A stretch of DNA of 62,688 bases, counting the filler, from an uncultured Methanosarcinales archaeon (GTDB lineage: Archaea; Nanobdellota; Nanobdellia; Woesearchaeales; JABMPP01): the NCBI GenBank assembly GCA_964604995.1. It is 15 parts of 15 records of this genome, joined end to end, with 100 filler letters (N's around TTAATTAATTAA, not from the genome) between each part and the next. Parts side by side here need not be neighbours in the genome. Positions count along the whole stretch, not along the records: positions 17,954 to 26,215 come from CAZSAD010000052.1; positions 26,316 to 34,555 come from CAZSAD010000053.1; 13 more parts are not named here. One strand, written 5' to 3'. The notes under the pieces are model-generated. The model saw only the letters and a list, made by a program, of their open reading frames with translations, ran no database searches and was not told where the DNA came from. This document shows, in pieces, positions 20,095-30,280 of the stretch (positions are counted from its first letter, which is position 1; each line of letters begins with the position of its first letter). Both the position numbers and the translations under genes were made by a program.

Positions 20095-20126
20095 GTATAG
20101 TATACTATACGTAAAGTATGCTTTAC
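20095..20126. promoter_or_regulatory. Two tandem 16-bp palindromic operators
   Basis: GTATAGTATACTATAC (perfect) followed directly by GTAAAGTATGCTTTAC, between the TATA-like element and the Xre gene start. Confidence 0.75.
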
Positions 20127-20209
20127 TATTTAAATATTTCGGATTATATATCCAAAGCTTTAAAAACAAATAATTCCTTTTAAGTAGTATATTATTTGGA
20201 GAATTAAAA

Positions 20210-20614
20210 ATGGACCTTCCAACTTTTCAGCAATTGGCAAAAGAGCTATCAGAAATTACAGGAGAACCTATTTCACCAGAACAATTAAAACAATTCGGCA
20301 GGCCATTGGGGACTCCTGATAATCCTACAATAATAAACTCTAAATTATCAGGTTATTCTGGCATTAATGGTCCTATACATTATGATACAACTTTTCATCT
20401 CAACATGTCCAATGAAAATTATAATAAAGATGAGCCAGATGAAAAATATAAAATAAATAAACATACAGCACAAACAATTAATACAGATAATAAAAGTAAT
20501 CCAAATGAAATTGTAAGGGAATCACTTTATGCATTGATACAATTATATAAAGATCCTAACAAACATAGTGCAAGAATTTATAATGAAGTATTTTCCTTTA
20601 ATCCTGTAATTTAA
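20210..20614 (+). CDS. Hypothetical protein
   Basis: 134-aa ORF with GGAG SD. Confidence 0.6.
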   Translation: MDLPTFQQLAKELSEITGEPISPEQLKQFGRPLGTPDNPTIINSKLSGYSGINGPIHYDTTFHLNMSNENYNKDEPDEKYKINKHTAQTINTDNKSNPNEIVRESLYALIQLYKDPNKHSARIYNEVFSFNPVI

Positions 20615-20680
20615 TTTCTTTCACTCCCCACTAGACATTTAATCGTTGCATTTATAAGTGAGTTCATTGCACAAATACTT

Positions 20681-21490
20681 ATGATTCGCAATAGTTTTGT
20701 ATTTCTTGAAAAAATAACTCCAAAAACTGAAGCTTATTTTCATAGTTGTGGGATTAAATCTTGGGATGATTTTCTAAATAGCAAAAAAATAGAGGGAATA
20801 TCAGACGAGAGAAAAAAATATTATGATAGAAGAATACTTGAAGCCAAGCATAATCTTTACTCTTTAAATTCAAGTTATTTTAAATCCAATTTGCCATCTA
20901 CTGAAAGTTGGCGTTTATATAATTTTTTCAAAGAGGATATTGCATTTTTAGATATAGAAACAACTGGATTAGATAGTAGTTCTTATATTACAATGGTTGG
21001 AATTTTTGATGGCTTTGAAACCAAACCATTTGTCAAGGGCATAAATTTAACATCTGATTTACTAAAAAAAGAACTTTCCAAATACAAATTAATAGTTACA
21101 TTCAACGGTTCAACTTTTGATTTACCAATGATTAATAAAAAATTTCCAGGTGTAATACCTAAAGATTTACCGCATTGGGATTTAAGACACGGTTGCGCAA
21201 AAGTTGGTCTAACGGGTGGTCTTAAAAAAATAGAAAAAGATTTAGGAATAAAAAGATCAAACCCTATTGTTGAAGGGATGTATGGCGGAGATGCAGTTAC
21301 TTTATGGCGAATGTACCATGGTTCGGGAAATGATTATTACTTAAATCTATTAATAGAATACAATGAAGAAGATTGTATTAATCTAAAAAGCATAGCAAAT
21401 AAAGTTTATTCAAAGCTTAGTAACAACTTAATTTCTAGCAGTAAATTGACTTCTGACAATAAATTAACTTCTAACATTGCCCACTTTTGA
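20681..21490 (+). CDS. YprB-like RNase H-fold exonuclease (RNase_H_2)
   Basis: FLDIETTG, TFNGSTFDLP, GGLKKIE, YNEED. Confidence 0.9.
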   Translation: MIRNSFVFLEKITPKTEAYFHSCGIKSWDDFLNSKKIEGISDERKKYYDRRILEAKHNLYSLNSSYFKSNLPSTESWRLYNFFKEDIAFLDIETTGLDSSSYITMVGIFDGFETKPFVKGINLTSDLLKKELSKYKLIVTFNGSTFDLPMINKKFPGVIPKDLPHWDLRHGCAKVGLTGGLKKIEKDLGIKRSNPIVEGMYGGDAVTLWRMYHGSGNDYYLNLLIEYNEEDCINLKSIANKVYSKLSNNLISSSKLTSDNKLTSNIAHF

Positions 21491-21937
21491 ATTTTGTTCT
21501 AATTCTTCTCTAATTTTAGAACTTTTGTAAACTTGTGGTAAATATGCCTCAATGTGAAAAATTTTGATACCAATTCCTCTTTTTATAAGTTCATCTTGCA
21601 ATCCAATTGAAATAAATGATTTTTGGTCGTATCCTAAACAAATAATATCTGGTTTATAATCTTCTATAACTTTGTAATAATCAATCGAATTTCCTAAAAC
21701 TGCTTTATCGACAAGTTTACTATTTTGCAAATTTTCAAGTCTCAAATTTTCAGAATTTAAAGTTGTTCTTTTTTTAATCTTTAAAACAGTATCGTCTCTA
21801 CTCACAACTGCTATTAAATAATCCCCTAATTTTTTAGCTTCATTAAAAAAATAAGTATGGCCAGGGTGCAAAATATCAAATGTACCAAAAACCATTACGA
21901 TTGATTTTTTCTTCTCTGTAATCATAGAATTAACCAT
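21464..21937 (-). CDS. ribL: FAD synthetase (cytidylyltransferase family)
   Basis: FGTFDILHPGH, KPDIICLGYDQ, KSSKI. Confidence 0.88.
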   Translation of the reverse strand: MVNSMITEKKKSIVMVFGTFDILHPGHTYFFNEAKKLGDYLIAVVSRDDTVLKIKKRTTLNSENLRLENLQNSKLVDKAVLGNSIDYYKVIEDYKPDIICLGYDQKSFISIGLQDELIKRGIGIKIFHIEAYLPQVYKSSKIREELEQNSKVGNVRS

Positions 21938-21993
21938 AGAATTAATAATATTGTTGAAAACATTTAAATATCTTTGTCATAACAAAACTTCTT

Positions 21994-22854
21994 ATGTACG
22001 AATTGCTCTTAACTATAACACTTGTTGTGATTCTAATTGCATCCTATACTGACATCAAAACTAGAGAAGTGCCTGATTGGTTAAATTATTCTTTAATTGC
22101 AAGTGCTCTTGGGATAAGAGGGGTAATTTCTTTGGTATATCTTGATTATCATCCAATAACTTATGGATTAATTGGTCTAGCTGCAATGTTTTTGCTTGCA
22201 CTTCTTTTGTTTCAAACTGGTCAATGGGGAGGAGGAGATGCAAAATTACTTATGGGTGTTGGCGCAGCAATGGGTATTGAATTTTCTTGGCCACCAACCA
22301 TTTTAATATTTCTTATTTTGCTAGTAATTTTAGGTGCAATTTATGGTTTTATTTGGAGTTTATCTTTAGCAATTATAAAATGGGACACATTCAAGAAAAC
22401 TTTTTTGGATTTAATGTCAAAAAAATCATATTCTATTGCTAGGAAAATAAATCTTTTGCTCGCAATACTTCTTGTAGCTACAGTTTTTTTGTTTTCTGAT
22501 CCAGTTATCAAATTAATGATTTTATCAGGAGTAGCACTGCTATTTTTTGGTTTTTATGTTTGGGTTGGTGCTAAAGCAGTTGAACTATCTTGTATGCAAA
22601 AATTAGTTTCACCAGAAAAACTAACTGAGGGTGATTGGATAGTTAAAGATATCAAAATAAATGGTAAATACATTTGCGGACCAAAAGATTTGGGAATAGA
22701 ACAAAAACAAATCACTAAACTAATCAAATTAAAAAAGCAAGGCAAGATAAAAAAAATTCTCATAAAAGAAGGAATACCTTTTGTTCCAAGCTTTCTTTTT
22801 GCATTCATTGCAGTAATATTTTTTGATGCATTAGCATTATGGCTAAAATTATAA
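21994..22854 (+). CDS. Prepilin/preflagellin peptidase (A24)
   Basis: ASYTDIKTREVPD, GGGDAK, EGIPFVP. Confidence 0.92.
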   Translation: MYELLLTITLVVILIASYTDIKTREVPDWLNYSLIASALGIRGVISLVYLDYHPITYGLIGLAAMFLLALLLFQTGQWGGGDAKLLMGVGAAMGIEFSWPPTILIFLILLVILGAIYGFIWSLSLAIIKWDTFKKTFLDLMSKKSYSIARKINLLLAILLVATVFLFSDPVIKLMILSGVALLFFGFYVWVGAKAVELSCMQKLVSPEKLTEGDWIVKDIKINGKYICGPKDLGIEQKQITKLIKLKKQGKIKKILIKEGIPFVPSFLFAFIAVIFFDALALWLKL

Positions 22855-22888
22855 TTTACATCATTTACAACTAACAATATTAACTTAA

Positions 22889-23464
22889 CTAGAATTTATT
22901 TAATTTAGAGTTGGATAAAGTTTCAAACACATATCCTGGTTTATTTTTATCAAATTCTTTAACCATCTGTAAAGCATGATAATGCGGCTTGGTTTTGTCA
23001 GCAACAGAATTATTAATAAGTTCATTCCACCATAAAATTTCATTTTTATATTCTGGCATAACAACATTTGCTAAATATTGCGCAACTACATTTTGATAAC
23101 TATATGCTGCAGCTTCATTTAAAACATCCAATGTAAAATTTCCAGTTTGTCTCATGTAATCATTTTTTAATGTTTCATTATGGCCAATTTCATGGCTAAT
23201 AATAAGTAGTTGAAGCAATATATTTTTGTATTGGGGTATTGAAATTAAACCTCCATTTTTTTTAGCAGAAGGATAATACAATCCTGCAACTTCGCTCTCT
23301 AATTTTTGTCCGCTGCGTTTTTCATTAATGCTTTGGAATTTATTTTCGGGCAATATCTCAATTTTCACATTTGCCATTTTATTGCCATGCAAAGCAGAAT
23401 AACTATTTTGTATTATATCTTCAATATTTCCAATATTTTTTTGCAAAGCTAAATTCAAAGACAT
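22889..23464 (-). CDS. Putative zincin metallopeptidase
   Basis: AGLY, SHEIGH, NEAAAY. Confidence 0.65.
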   Translation of the reverse strand: MSLNLALQKNIGNIEDIIQNSYSALHGNKMANVKIEILPENKFQSINEKRSGQKLESEVAGLYYPSAKKNGGLISIPQYKNILLQLLIISHEIGHNETLKNDYMRQTGNFTLDVLNEAAAYSYQNVVAQYLANVVMPEYKNEILWWNELINNSVADKTKPHYHALQMVKEFDKNKPGYVFETLSNSKLNKF

Positions 23465-23663
23465 GAATTTTGGATATTTTATTTATTTATATAACATATG
23501 TTTAATATATCCTGTTTAATATTTTAATAAAAAAATTATTTTTCGATTCAATCATACCTTATTCTTAAAAAATTTACACATTCTTCCTATTTTTTTAATA
23601 TTTCTGGAATATTTACGATTTTATTTACAAAGCTAATTTTAAAAATAATCCTTTTGATATTTT

Positions 23664-24218
23664 ATGGGTGATTTTTACAATTCCAATAAAAGTATAAGGC
23701 CATACATTACTGGCGCAGTAATTGGTATTTTAGGATATATTTTATTGCCAACAATTACAAATAATCTTTCTTCTTGTAACTCTCCAAAAAAAGAAGAAAT
23801 ACTTTCAGTAATTGAAAATACAATTCAATCAGATAGAATTAAAACTGAAATGCAAATGCAAAATTTAGAAGGAAGATTAAATAATCTTGTAATGGAAATC
23901 CAATCTTCAAAAAATCAGCAGGGAAATTATAATAACTATCAAAATCCAACTGAAGAAGCAAATAAATATTTAAATCAATTTGTCGATGATAAAAACTATT
24001 CTCAAAACAGTACTTATCCTTCTTATTCAAATACCCAACTTCCAAACAATAATACAACTAATTCATATCCTTCACATGACATTTATTTTTCATGGCAGGC
24101 AAATGATCGTGGAATTGCCAATTCAAAACGCAGTTACCAAATAAGTGTGAACACTTCAAAAATTATGGAAAACATGCAAAAATTTGGCGAATGGTTCAAA
24201 AATATTGTAAGAAGATAA
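23664..24218 (+). CDS. Membrane-anchored hypothetical protein
   Basis: N-terminal TM, short coiled coil, N/Y/S-rich tail. Confidence 0.65.
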   Translation: MGDFYNSNKSIRPYITGAVIGILGYILLPTITNNLSSCNSPKKEEILSVIENTIQSDRIKTEMQMQNLEGRLNNLVMEIQSSKNQQGNYNNYQNPTEEANKYLNQFVDDKNYSQNSTYPSYSNTQLPNNNTTNSYPSHDIYFSWQANDRGIANSKRSYQISVNTSKIMENMQKFGEWFKNIVRR

Positions 24219-24291
24219 TTGCATATTTTTGTGATCTATTTTCCAATTTTTTTGTTTATATAATTTTAGAATTTTCTTTTTTATTCATTAA

Positions 24292-24429
24292 TAAAAAAAA
24301 GAAAAAAAAGTCCCCTCGCGGGGACAAAGTCCGCCTTCATTTGTTTAATCGTTGGGGGGTGATATAAAAATGAAGGCAAGAAACCGCTCCTAAGACTAAA
24401 GGGGTTGATTATGAAATTTAGTTCTTGCC
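24292..24429 (-). ncRNA. Structured ftsZ 3' element with C-rich loops and a terminator-like hairpin (candidate)
   Basis: Stems 24375-24429 and 24333-24377; GTCCCC-TCGC-GGGGAC at 24310-24325, followed by a U-tract on the minus strand. Confidence 0.5.
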
Positions 24430-24444
24430 GAAAAACAAAAATAA

Positions 24445-25536
24445 TTACTGGATAATTTCAATACCCAGCTCATCTTCTGCCTCCATCATAGCTACAGGCA
24501 TAGCAGCTCTTGCTGCTGGCCTTGCTTTTGTTGGTGCTTTTCCGACTATCCAAGGTGATTTGACTCCTGTAACAATTGTCATTACTGTCAATTTGCCTTT
24601 CATATTGTCGCTAACTCTAGCTCCCCAGATTACATTCGCATCTTCATCTAAGCTCTCAGTTACCAATTCACCAATTTGGTTAATATCATCAAGTGTCATA
24701 TCTGGACCGCCTTCAATGTGAATCAAAGCGCCAGTTGCTCCTTCATAATTAATGTCAAGTAGTGGATTTGCAAGTGCACCTTTTACTGCTTCTTCAACTT
24801 TGTTTGCAGTATCTGATGCTCCAACACCAATGCAAGCAACGCCGCCATTTGTCATAATTGCTTTGACATCTGCAAAGTCCAAATTGACAAGGCTTGGCAT
24901 AGCAATTGTTTCAACTATTCCTCTAATCATTGTCGAAACAAGTTCGTTTGCAACTGCAAATGCTTGTTTAATTGGTAAATTTCCTGCAATTTGCACTAGT
25001 CTATTATTATCGATAACAATAACTGTATCTGAAACTGCTCTTAATTGGGCCAGACCAAATTCAGCTTTATCGACTCTAGCTCTTTCTATTTTGAATGGCA
25101 TTGTTACTGTGCCAATAACTATTGCTCCTGAATCTTTAGCAACACCTGCAACAACAGGCGCTGAACCTGTTCCTGTGCCGCCTCCCATTCCTGCACACAC
25201 AAAGACCATATCTGCGCCTTTTAGTGTTTCTTTTATTTCTTGTAAACTTTCTTTAGCAGCTTCATTTCCTTTCTCTGGAAATCCACCACAACCAAGTCCC
25301 CTTGTTGAGTCTCTTCCAATAAGAAATTTCTTATCTGCTTCTGTGATCTTAAGATGTTGTTGATCAGTATTAACTGCGATAACTTCAGCGCCCTTCACAC
25401 CTTTCGTGTAAAGCCAGCTGACCATATTATTGCCACCACCGCCACAACCTATTACTTTAATATTTGCTTGGCCCACTTCCAAGTCGTCTTTTCTTTCATT
25501 AGTTTTTGCTCCTAATGCGTTCACCACAAAATCCAT
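24445..25536 (-). CDS. ftsZ: Cell division protein FtsZ (FtsZ2-like)
   Basis: GCGGGGNN, GGGTGTG, PSLVNLDFAD, C-terminal LGIEII. Confidence 0.97.
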   Translation of the reverse strand: MDFVVNALGAKTNERKDDLEVGQANIKVIGCGGGGNNMVSWLYTKGVKGAEVIAVNTDQQHLKITEADKKFLIGRDSTRGLGCGGFPEKGNEAAKESLQEIKETLKGADMVFVCAGMGGGTGTGSAPVVAGVAKDSGAIVIGTVTMPFKIERARVDKAEFGLAQLRAVSDTVIVIDNNRLVQIAGNLPIKQAFAVANELVSTMIRGIVETIAMPSLVNLDFADVKAIMTNGGVACIGVGASDTANKVEEAVKGALANPLLDINYEGATGALIHIEGGPDMTLDDINQIGELVTESLDEDANVIWGARVSDNMKGKLTVMTIVTGVKSPWIVGKAPTKARPAARAAMPVAMMEAEDELGIEIIQ

Positions 25537-26056
25537 TTGTTTCCCCTCCTTGCCCTAGTCTTTTCTTTTTTACCCTTTAGTTTTTTACATCAGCTACTGA
25601 AATATATATTATGAAAAATATACTTTTCAGTATGAAAATGCTTTTATATACCAATCAACCTATACCTTTTTAGAAAAAGCTACACTCTTACGCCAATAAG
25701 GGTCGTTCCTGCTTTGACAATTAACAATATAAGTAAGTCAGACAAAACTTACACAAATATTTTAATACACAATTTTAATAATAACAAACAAACAATCCGG
25801 TTTTCGCCAAAAAACTGGATAATTTAACTTTTTCTTATGTTTCATTATATATAAAGATTATTCCACTAAAATCTATATATTCAAGAATATAGGTTTTTGT
25901 ATATTAAACTGGAAAATTATCAATTTTTTATACTAAATAAATATGAAATTAAATCAAAGTGTATCTATTTTAAAGTAACAAATAAGCATTATTAAATGCA
26001 ATAAAAAAAACAAAAAAAGCAAAGAAATAAATACTTTCTTCTTCGATAAACACCTT

Positions 26057-26215
26057 ATGGGAAACAAAAATTCTATTCAATTTGATAAAAATGCAATTTT
26101 GCATCAAAATTCGCAAACATCAACTACAGGTAGTGTAAATGGTGTGCAATCTTCTTCGTCTATAAATCATAAAAATGTAAATAATGAAATAATTCAAAAA
26201 TTGGGTTTGAGTGAT
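26057..26215 (+). CDS. Hypothetical protein (3' truncated)
   Basis: ORF runs into a linker. Confidence 0.35.
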
Positions 26216-26315
26216 NNNNNNNNNNNNNNNNNNNNNNNNNNNNNNNNNNNNNNNNNNNNTTAATTAATTAANNNNNNNNNNNNNNNNNNNNNNNNNNNNN
26301 NNNNNNNNNNNNNNN

Positions 26316-26718
26316 CAACTTTCAATGCGTCATTGATAGCGTTCCTGTCTGGCCAAGCATCTGTAACAACAATAATTTTTGCTTCGGTAAAAATCTCTAA
26401 CTGTGGATTAGTAAGTATTCCTGGTGGATATCTTCCCGCAAATACTCTAATGCCTGTAAATTTGTTAAATAATCTTAGAGCATCCCATCCATTTTCTCTT
26501 CTACTAACAATGATTATATCCTTTGGATCATATTGTGCAAGCATATTTGCAGCAAGTTTTATTCTTTCATCTATCTTTTGCAAATTTAATACGCAAAGAC
26601 CATCAGATCTTGTTTTGTAAATAAACTGTTCCATATATTTTGTTTGGAATTTTGTTCCTATATGTATACCACTTTTAAGATATACCTTTGTTGGCACTAA
26701 AAATTGTTCTTCTGTCAT
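26316..26718 (-). CDS. rpsB: 30S ribosomal protein uS2 (3' truncated)
   Basis: YLKSGIHIGT, GRYPPGILTNP; SD GGAGG before ATG 26718. Confidence 0.95.
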
Positions 26719-26887
26719 TTTTTCTCCTCCTATAAACTGCCAATATTGGTAGATTATTAATAAAATTACCAATATCAATTTTAAGAGTAACGATTAAGAA
26801 TTATCGTTACTGCACTTTATCGCCCTGCAGTTGTATCATAGGTCCTTACCATTTAATTTATGGTAAGCTTACCCCATAACTGGGCTA
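26719..26887 (-). promoter_or_regulatory. Multi-hairpin 5' leader of rps2 (candidate r-leader)
   Basis: Stems 26743-26775, 26786-26811, 26845-26867, 26873-26884; TATA-like element at 26911-26918. Confidence 0.55.
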
Positions 26888-27188
26888 TAGATAAAAAGAA
26901 CTTTAAGGGGTTTAAAAAGATAACTGAAAATTTAGTTTATTAAGACAATCTTTATATATTCCCCACGTATTTTTATTAATTAACCAAGGTAATATGATTA
27001 GTTAGTTAAGATAAATACCTTGTTAGTTAAAATGAAAACAATCAATAAAAATAATAAAAGCGTAGTTTTGGTTTTGATTAGTGTAATTTTGATTATTTTA
27101 TAATAAAGCAGCTTCAAATTTTCTTAAAGCTGCTATCTAAAAAACTTGAGATATGACTATAAAATACAACCTAAAATAGGGAGGAAAA

Positions 27189-27686
27189 ATGGAAAAAGAA
27201 CATAATAAAAGGGATCAAGAATTTGGAGGTTACATAAAAAAAATAATAGCATATGTAAAAACTGAGAAAGGAGATGAATATTTTACTACTGCAATAAAGA
27301 ATTTTGCAAAAAGTTACTCTAATTTAGATAGCATCATGGGTACAGAAGAGATAAAAACTGAATCAGTCAATGCTATAAAGTCTCTTGCCAACATGGCTAA
27401 AAGTAGTAATGGAAAATTAGTTGGGTTAGAAACAGTATATTTCTCTTTTCAAATGTTAGGACAACTATTAAAAAATCCAACTTACTTAAAAAATTCCTCT
27501 TTAAATGAAACCAGAAACAATATTGCTAAAGTCATAAATTCACTAAAAACTTTTAGTGAAAATTATAGGGATGTGAATTACGGGTATACAAATGAAGAAG
27601 AGCAATTTGAGAACATCAACAATAATATTAATAAATCATTTTTATTTCAAAGTTCCAATAATGTACCTTTAGAAAAGCGAATTTAA
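27189..27686 (+). CDS. Hypothetical protein
   Basis: 165-aa ORF with GGAGG SD. Confidence 0.7.
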   Translation: MEKEHNKRDQEFGGYIKKIIAYVKTEKGDEYFTTAIKNFAKSYSNLDSIMGTEEIKTESVNAIKSLANMAKSSNGKLVGLETVYFSFQMLGQLLKNPTYLKNSSLNETRNNIAKVINSLKTFSENYRDVNYGYTNEEEQFENINNNINKSFLFQSSNNVPLEKRI

Positions 27687-27867
27687 TATATTTTAATATA
27701 TCTTTTATTTTCAAAAGTCTTTATAAATATCTTCTCGTTACTTTAAGTTATGGATATTGTCTTAATTAAGAATAACTAGATTTAGAAATAATAAAAAAAC
27801 ACAAACCTTAATATATAATCATGATTGCTTTCTACTTAAGAAACAACACTAATAAAACTAATAAAAA

Positions 27868-29349
27868 ATGGTAAACATAGAAGAGATGTCAGTTTATTGT
27901 AAAAAGAAAGGATTCGTTTTTCTTAATAGTGAAATTTATGGTGGACAATCTGGATTTTGGGATTTTGGACCAGTTGGTGTTGAACTTAAAAATAATATCA
28001 AACAAGAATTATGGAAAACTTTTGTACAATCAAGAGATGATGTAGTTGGAATTGATGGTGCAATAATAACTCATCCAAAAGTATGGGTAGCATCAGGTCA
28101 TGTAGGTTCATTTACTGATTTTTTGCTCGATTGTAAAAAATGTAAATCAAGATTTAGAGCTGATCTTTTAATAGAAGATATTACAGGAATTTCAATAGAA
28201 GGAATAAAGCTTGAAGAAATTGAAGGATTATTAGAAAAACATCAAATCAAATGCCCGCAATGCAAAGGTGAATTTGCCTCTCCGAAAAGATTCAATTTGA
28301 TGCTAAAAACACATGTTGGTCCAATAGAAGATGATGCATCAGTTTCATATTTAAGACCAGAAACAGCCCAATTAATTTTTGCAAATATGCGTGCAGTTGT
28401 AGAAACTGCTAGATTAAAACTTCCTTTTGGAATAGCTCAAAGTGGAAAAGCATTCAGAAATGAAATATCACCAAGAGATTTTCTTTTTAGAAGCAGAGAA
28501 TTTGAACAATTCGAAATTGAATATTTTGTCCATCCAGAAAAGAAAAAAATATGCCCATTTTTCAAAGAAGTTGAAGACCTTGAAGTAAATGTTATGCTTT
28601 CAAATGAAAAAGAAATGCGAAAAACAACATTCAAAAAACTTGTTTTAGAGGGAAACTTTACAACAGAATGGCATGCTTACTGGCTTGGAGCATATTATAG
28701 ATTTTTTACTAATTTAGGAATAAAACAAAGAAATCTTAGATTAAGAGAACATCATAAAGAAGAATTAGCTCACTATGCAACAGCTTGTTTTGATATTGAA
28801 TATAATTTTCCGTTTGGCTGGAAAGAAATACACGGTGATGCTGACAGAGGAACATTTGATCTTGAACAGCATATGAAAGTTTCTGGTAAAGATTTATCAT
28901 TATTTGACGAGCAAACAAAAACCAAAATTGTACCTTATGTTGCAGCTGAACCATCACAAGGAATTGAAAGAGCATTTTTAGCTTTTTTATTTGATGCTTA
29001 CGACGATGATAAAGAAAGAGGAAATGTTGTTTTAAGACTGCATCCTAAATTATCACCTATAAAGATAGGGATATTTCCACTTGTGTCTAATAAAGAAGAA
29101 ATAACATCGCTTGCAAAAAAAGTACACTTCATGTTGAAAAAAGATTTTGTATGCCAATATGACCAATCAGGTTCAGTTGGAAGAAGATACGCTAGAGCCG
29201 ATGAACAAGGAATCCCATTTTGCATAACAATTGATTTTGATTCATTAAATGATAATAGTGTAACAATTAGAAATAGAGATGATACAACACAAGAAAGAGT
29301 AAAAATTGATGAATTAAAGACAAAATTATATGATTTGATATCTAAGTAA
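27868..29349 (+). CDS. glyS: Glycyl-tRNA synthetase (alpha2 type)
   Basis: EIYGG, YLRPETAQ, FRNEISPR, GRRYARADE. Confidence 0.97.
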   Translation: MVNIEEMSVYCKKKGFVFLNSEIYGGQSGFWDFGPVGVELKNNIKQELWKTFVQSRDDVVGIDGAIITHPKVWVASGHVGSFTDFLLDCKKCKSRFRADLLIEDITGISIEGIKLEEIEGLLEKHQIKCPQCKGEFASPKRFNLMLKTHVGPIEDDASVSYLRPETAQLIFANMRAVVETARLKLPFGIAQSGKAFRNEISPRDFLFRSREFEQFEIEYFVHPEKKKICPFFKEVEDLEVNVMLSNEKEMRKTTFKKLVLEGNFTTEWHAYWLGAYYRFFTNLGIKQRNLRLREHHKEELAHYATACFDIEYNFPFGWKEIHGDADRGTFDLEQHMKVSGKDLSLFDEQTKTKIVPYVAAEPSQGIERAFLAFLFDAYDDDKERGNVVLRLHPKLSPIKIGIFPLVSNKEEITSLAKKVHFMLKKDFVCQYDQSGSVGRRYARADEQGIPFCITIDFDSLNDNSVTIRNRDDTTQERVKIDELKTKLYDLISK

Positions 29350-29557
29350 TAATTTTAGACAGTTCCAAACAATATTTGAGAAATTATTTAATTTTACCAG
29401 ATTTACCCTAATTTTATTTATATCTAGCTTTTTCATAGTAACATTTAAATACATTTTAGTTAATAGGATATTAGTTATATAGATTAAAAGAGATAATATA
29501 TTAAGATGCAATGTATTAAAATATAATAAATTAATATTTTATTAAAGTGGTGATATA

Positions 29558-30220
29558 ATGCCTTTATTTGGTCTAGCTAAAAAAAATGATGGTTCAAGTA
29601 TGCCTTCACCAGCTTCATTTTCAGAATCTCCGAGCAGTGTTCCACTTGATCAGGTTGTATCTTTAAGACAACAAGGATTATCAAATACCCAAATAATACA
29701 ATCATTGCAACAACAAGGTTATACTACAACATCAATATATGATGCTCTAAGTCAAGCAGATGTCAAAGGAACAATTGAACCTGCTGGATTTGATCAATTC
29801 TCAACCACAGAAAGTGTTCCACAATCAGACCAAACATATTACAATCCCACTTTTAACAATCAACAATATGAAGCTGGCAGCATGGAAGAAAAAATAGAAG
29901 AAATTGCTGAAGCTATAATTGAAGAAAAATGGAATGAACTAATAAAAAATGTCAATAAAATAATTGAATGGAAAGAAAAAACAGAAACAAGAATAGCACA
30001 ACTTGAACAAAGAATGAATGATATAAGGCACGATTTTGAAACATTACATACAGGTATACTTGGAAAGGTTGGTGAATATGATCAAAATTTAACTAATTTA
30101 GGTGCAGAAATAAAAGCAATGGAAAAAGTTTTCTCGAAGATTTTGCCAACATTTACTGAAAATGTAAATGAACTTTCCAGAGTTACAAAGGACTTAAAAA
30201 TTAAAACAAACAGTAAGTAA
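29558..30220 (+). CDS. Hypothetical protein: small helical domain plus coiled coil
   Basis: MPLFGLAKK; QGLSNTQIIQSLQQQGY domain; EEIAEAIIEEKW coiled coil. Confidence 0.75.
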   Translation: MPLFGLAKKNDGSSMPSPASFSESPSSVPLDQVVSLRQQGLSNTQIIQSLQQQGYTTTSIYDALSQADVKGTIEPAGFDQFSTTESVPQSDQTYYNPTFNNQQYEAGSMEEKIEEIAEAIIEEKWNELIKNVNKIIEWKEKTETRIAQLEQRMNDIRHDFETLHTGILGKVGEYDQNLTNLGAEIKAMEKVFSKILPTFTENVNELSRVTKDLKIKTNSK

Positions 30221-30280
30221 AATTAGGAAAATAAAAGAAGATAGAATTTAATAAAAAAATTAATCAGTTCTTAAAAAAAA

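Noticed and set aside
27032..27127. 31-aa hydrophobic ORF MKTINKNNKSVVLVLISVILIILIISSFKFS
   Set aside because: Plausible micro-protein, but such ORFs arise easily in AT-rich DNA and there is no SD or homology support.
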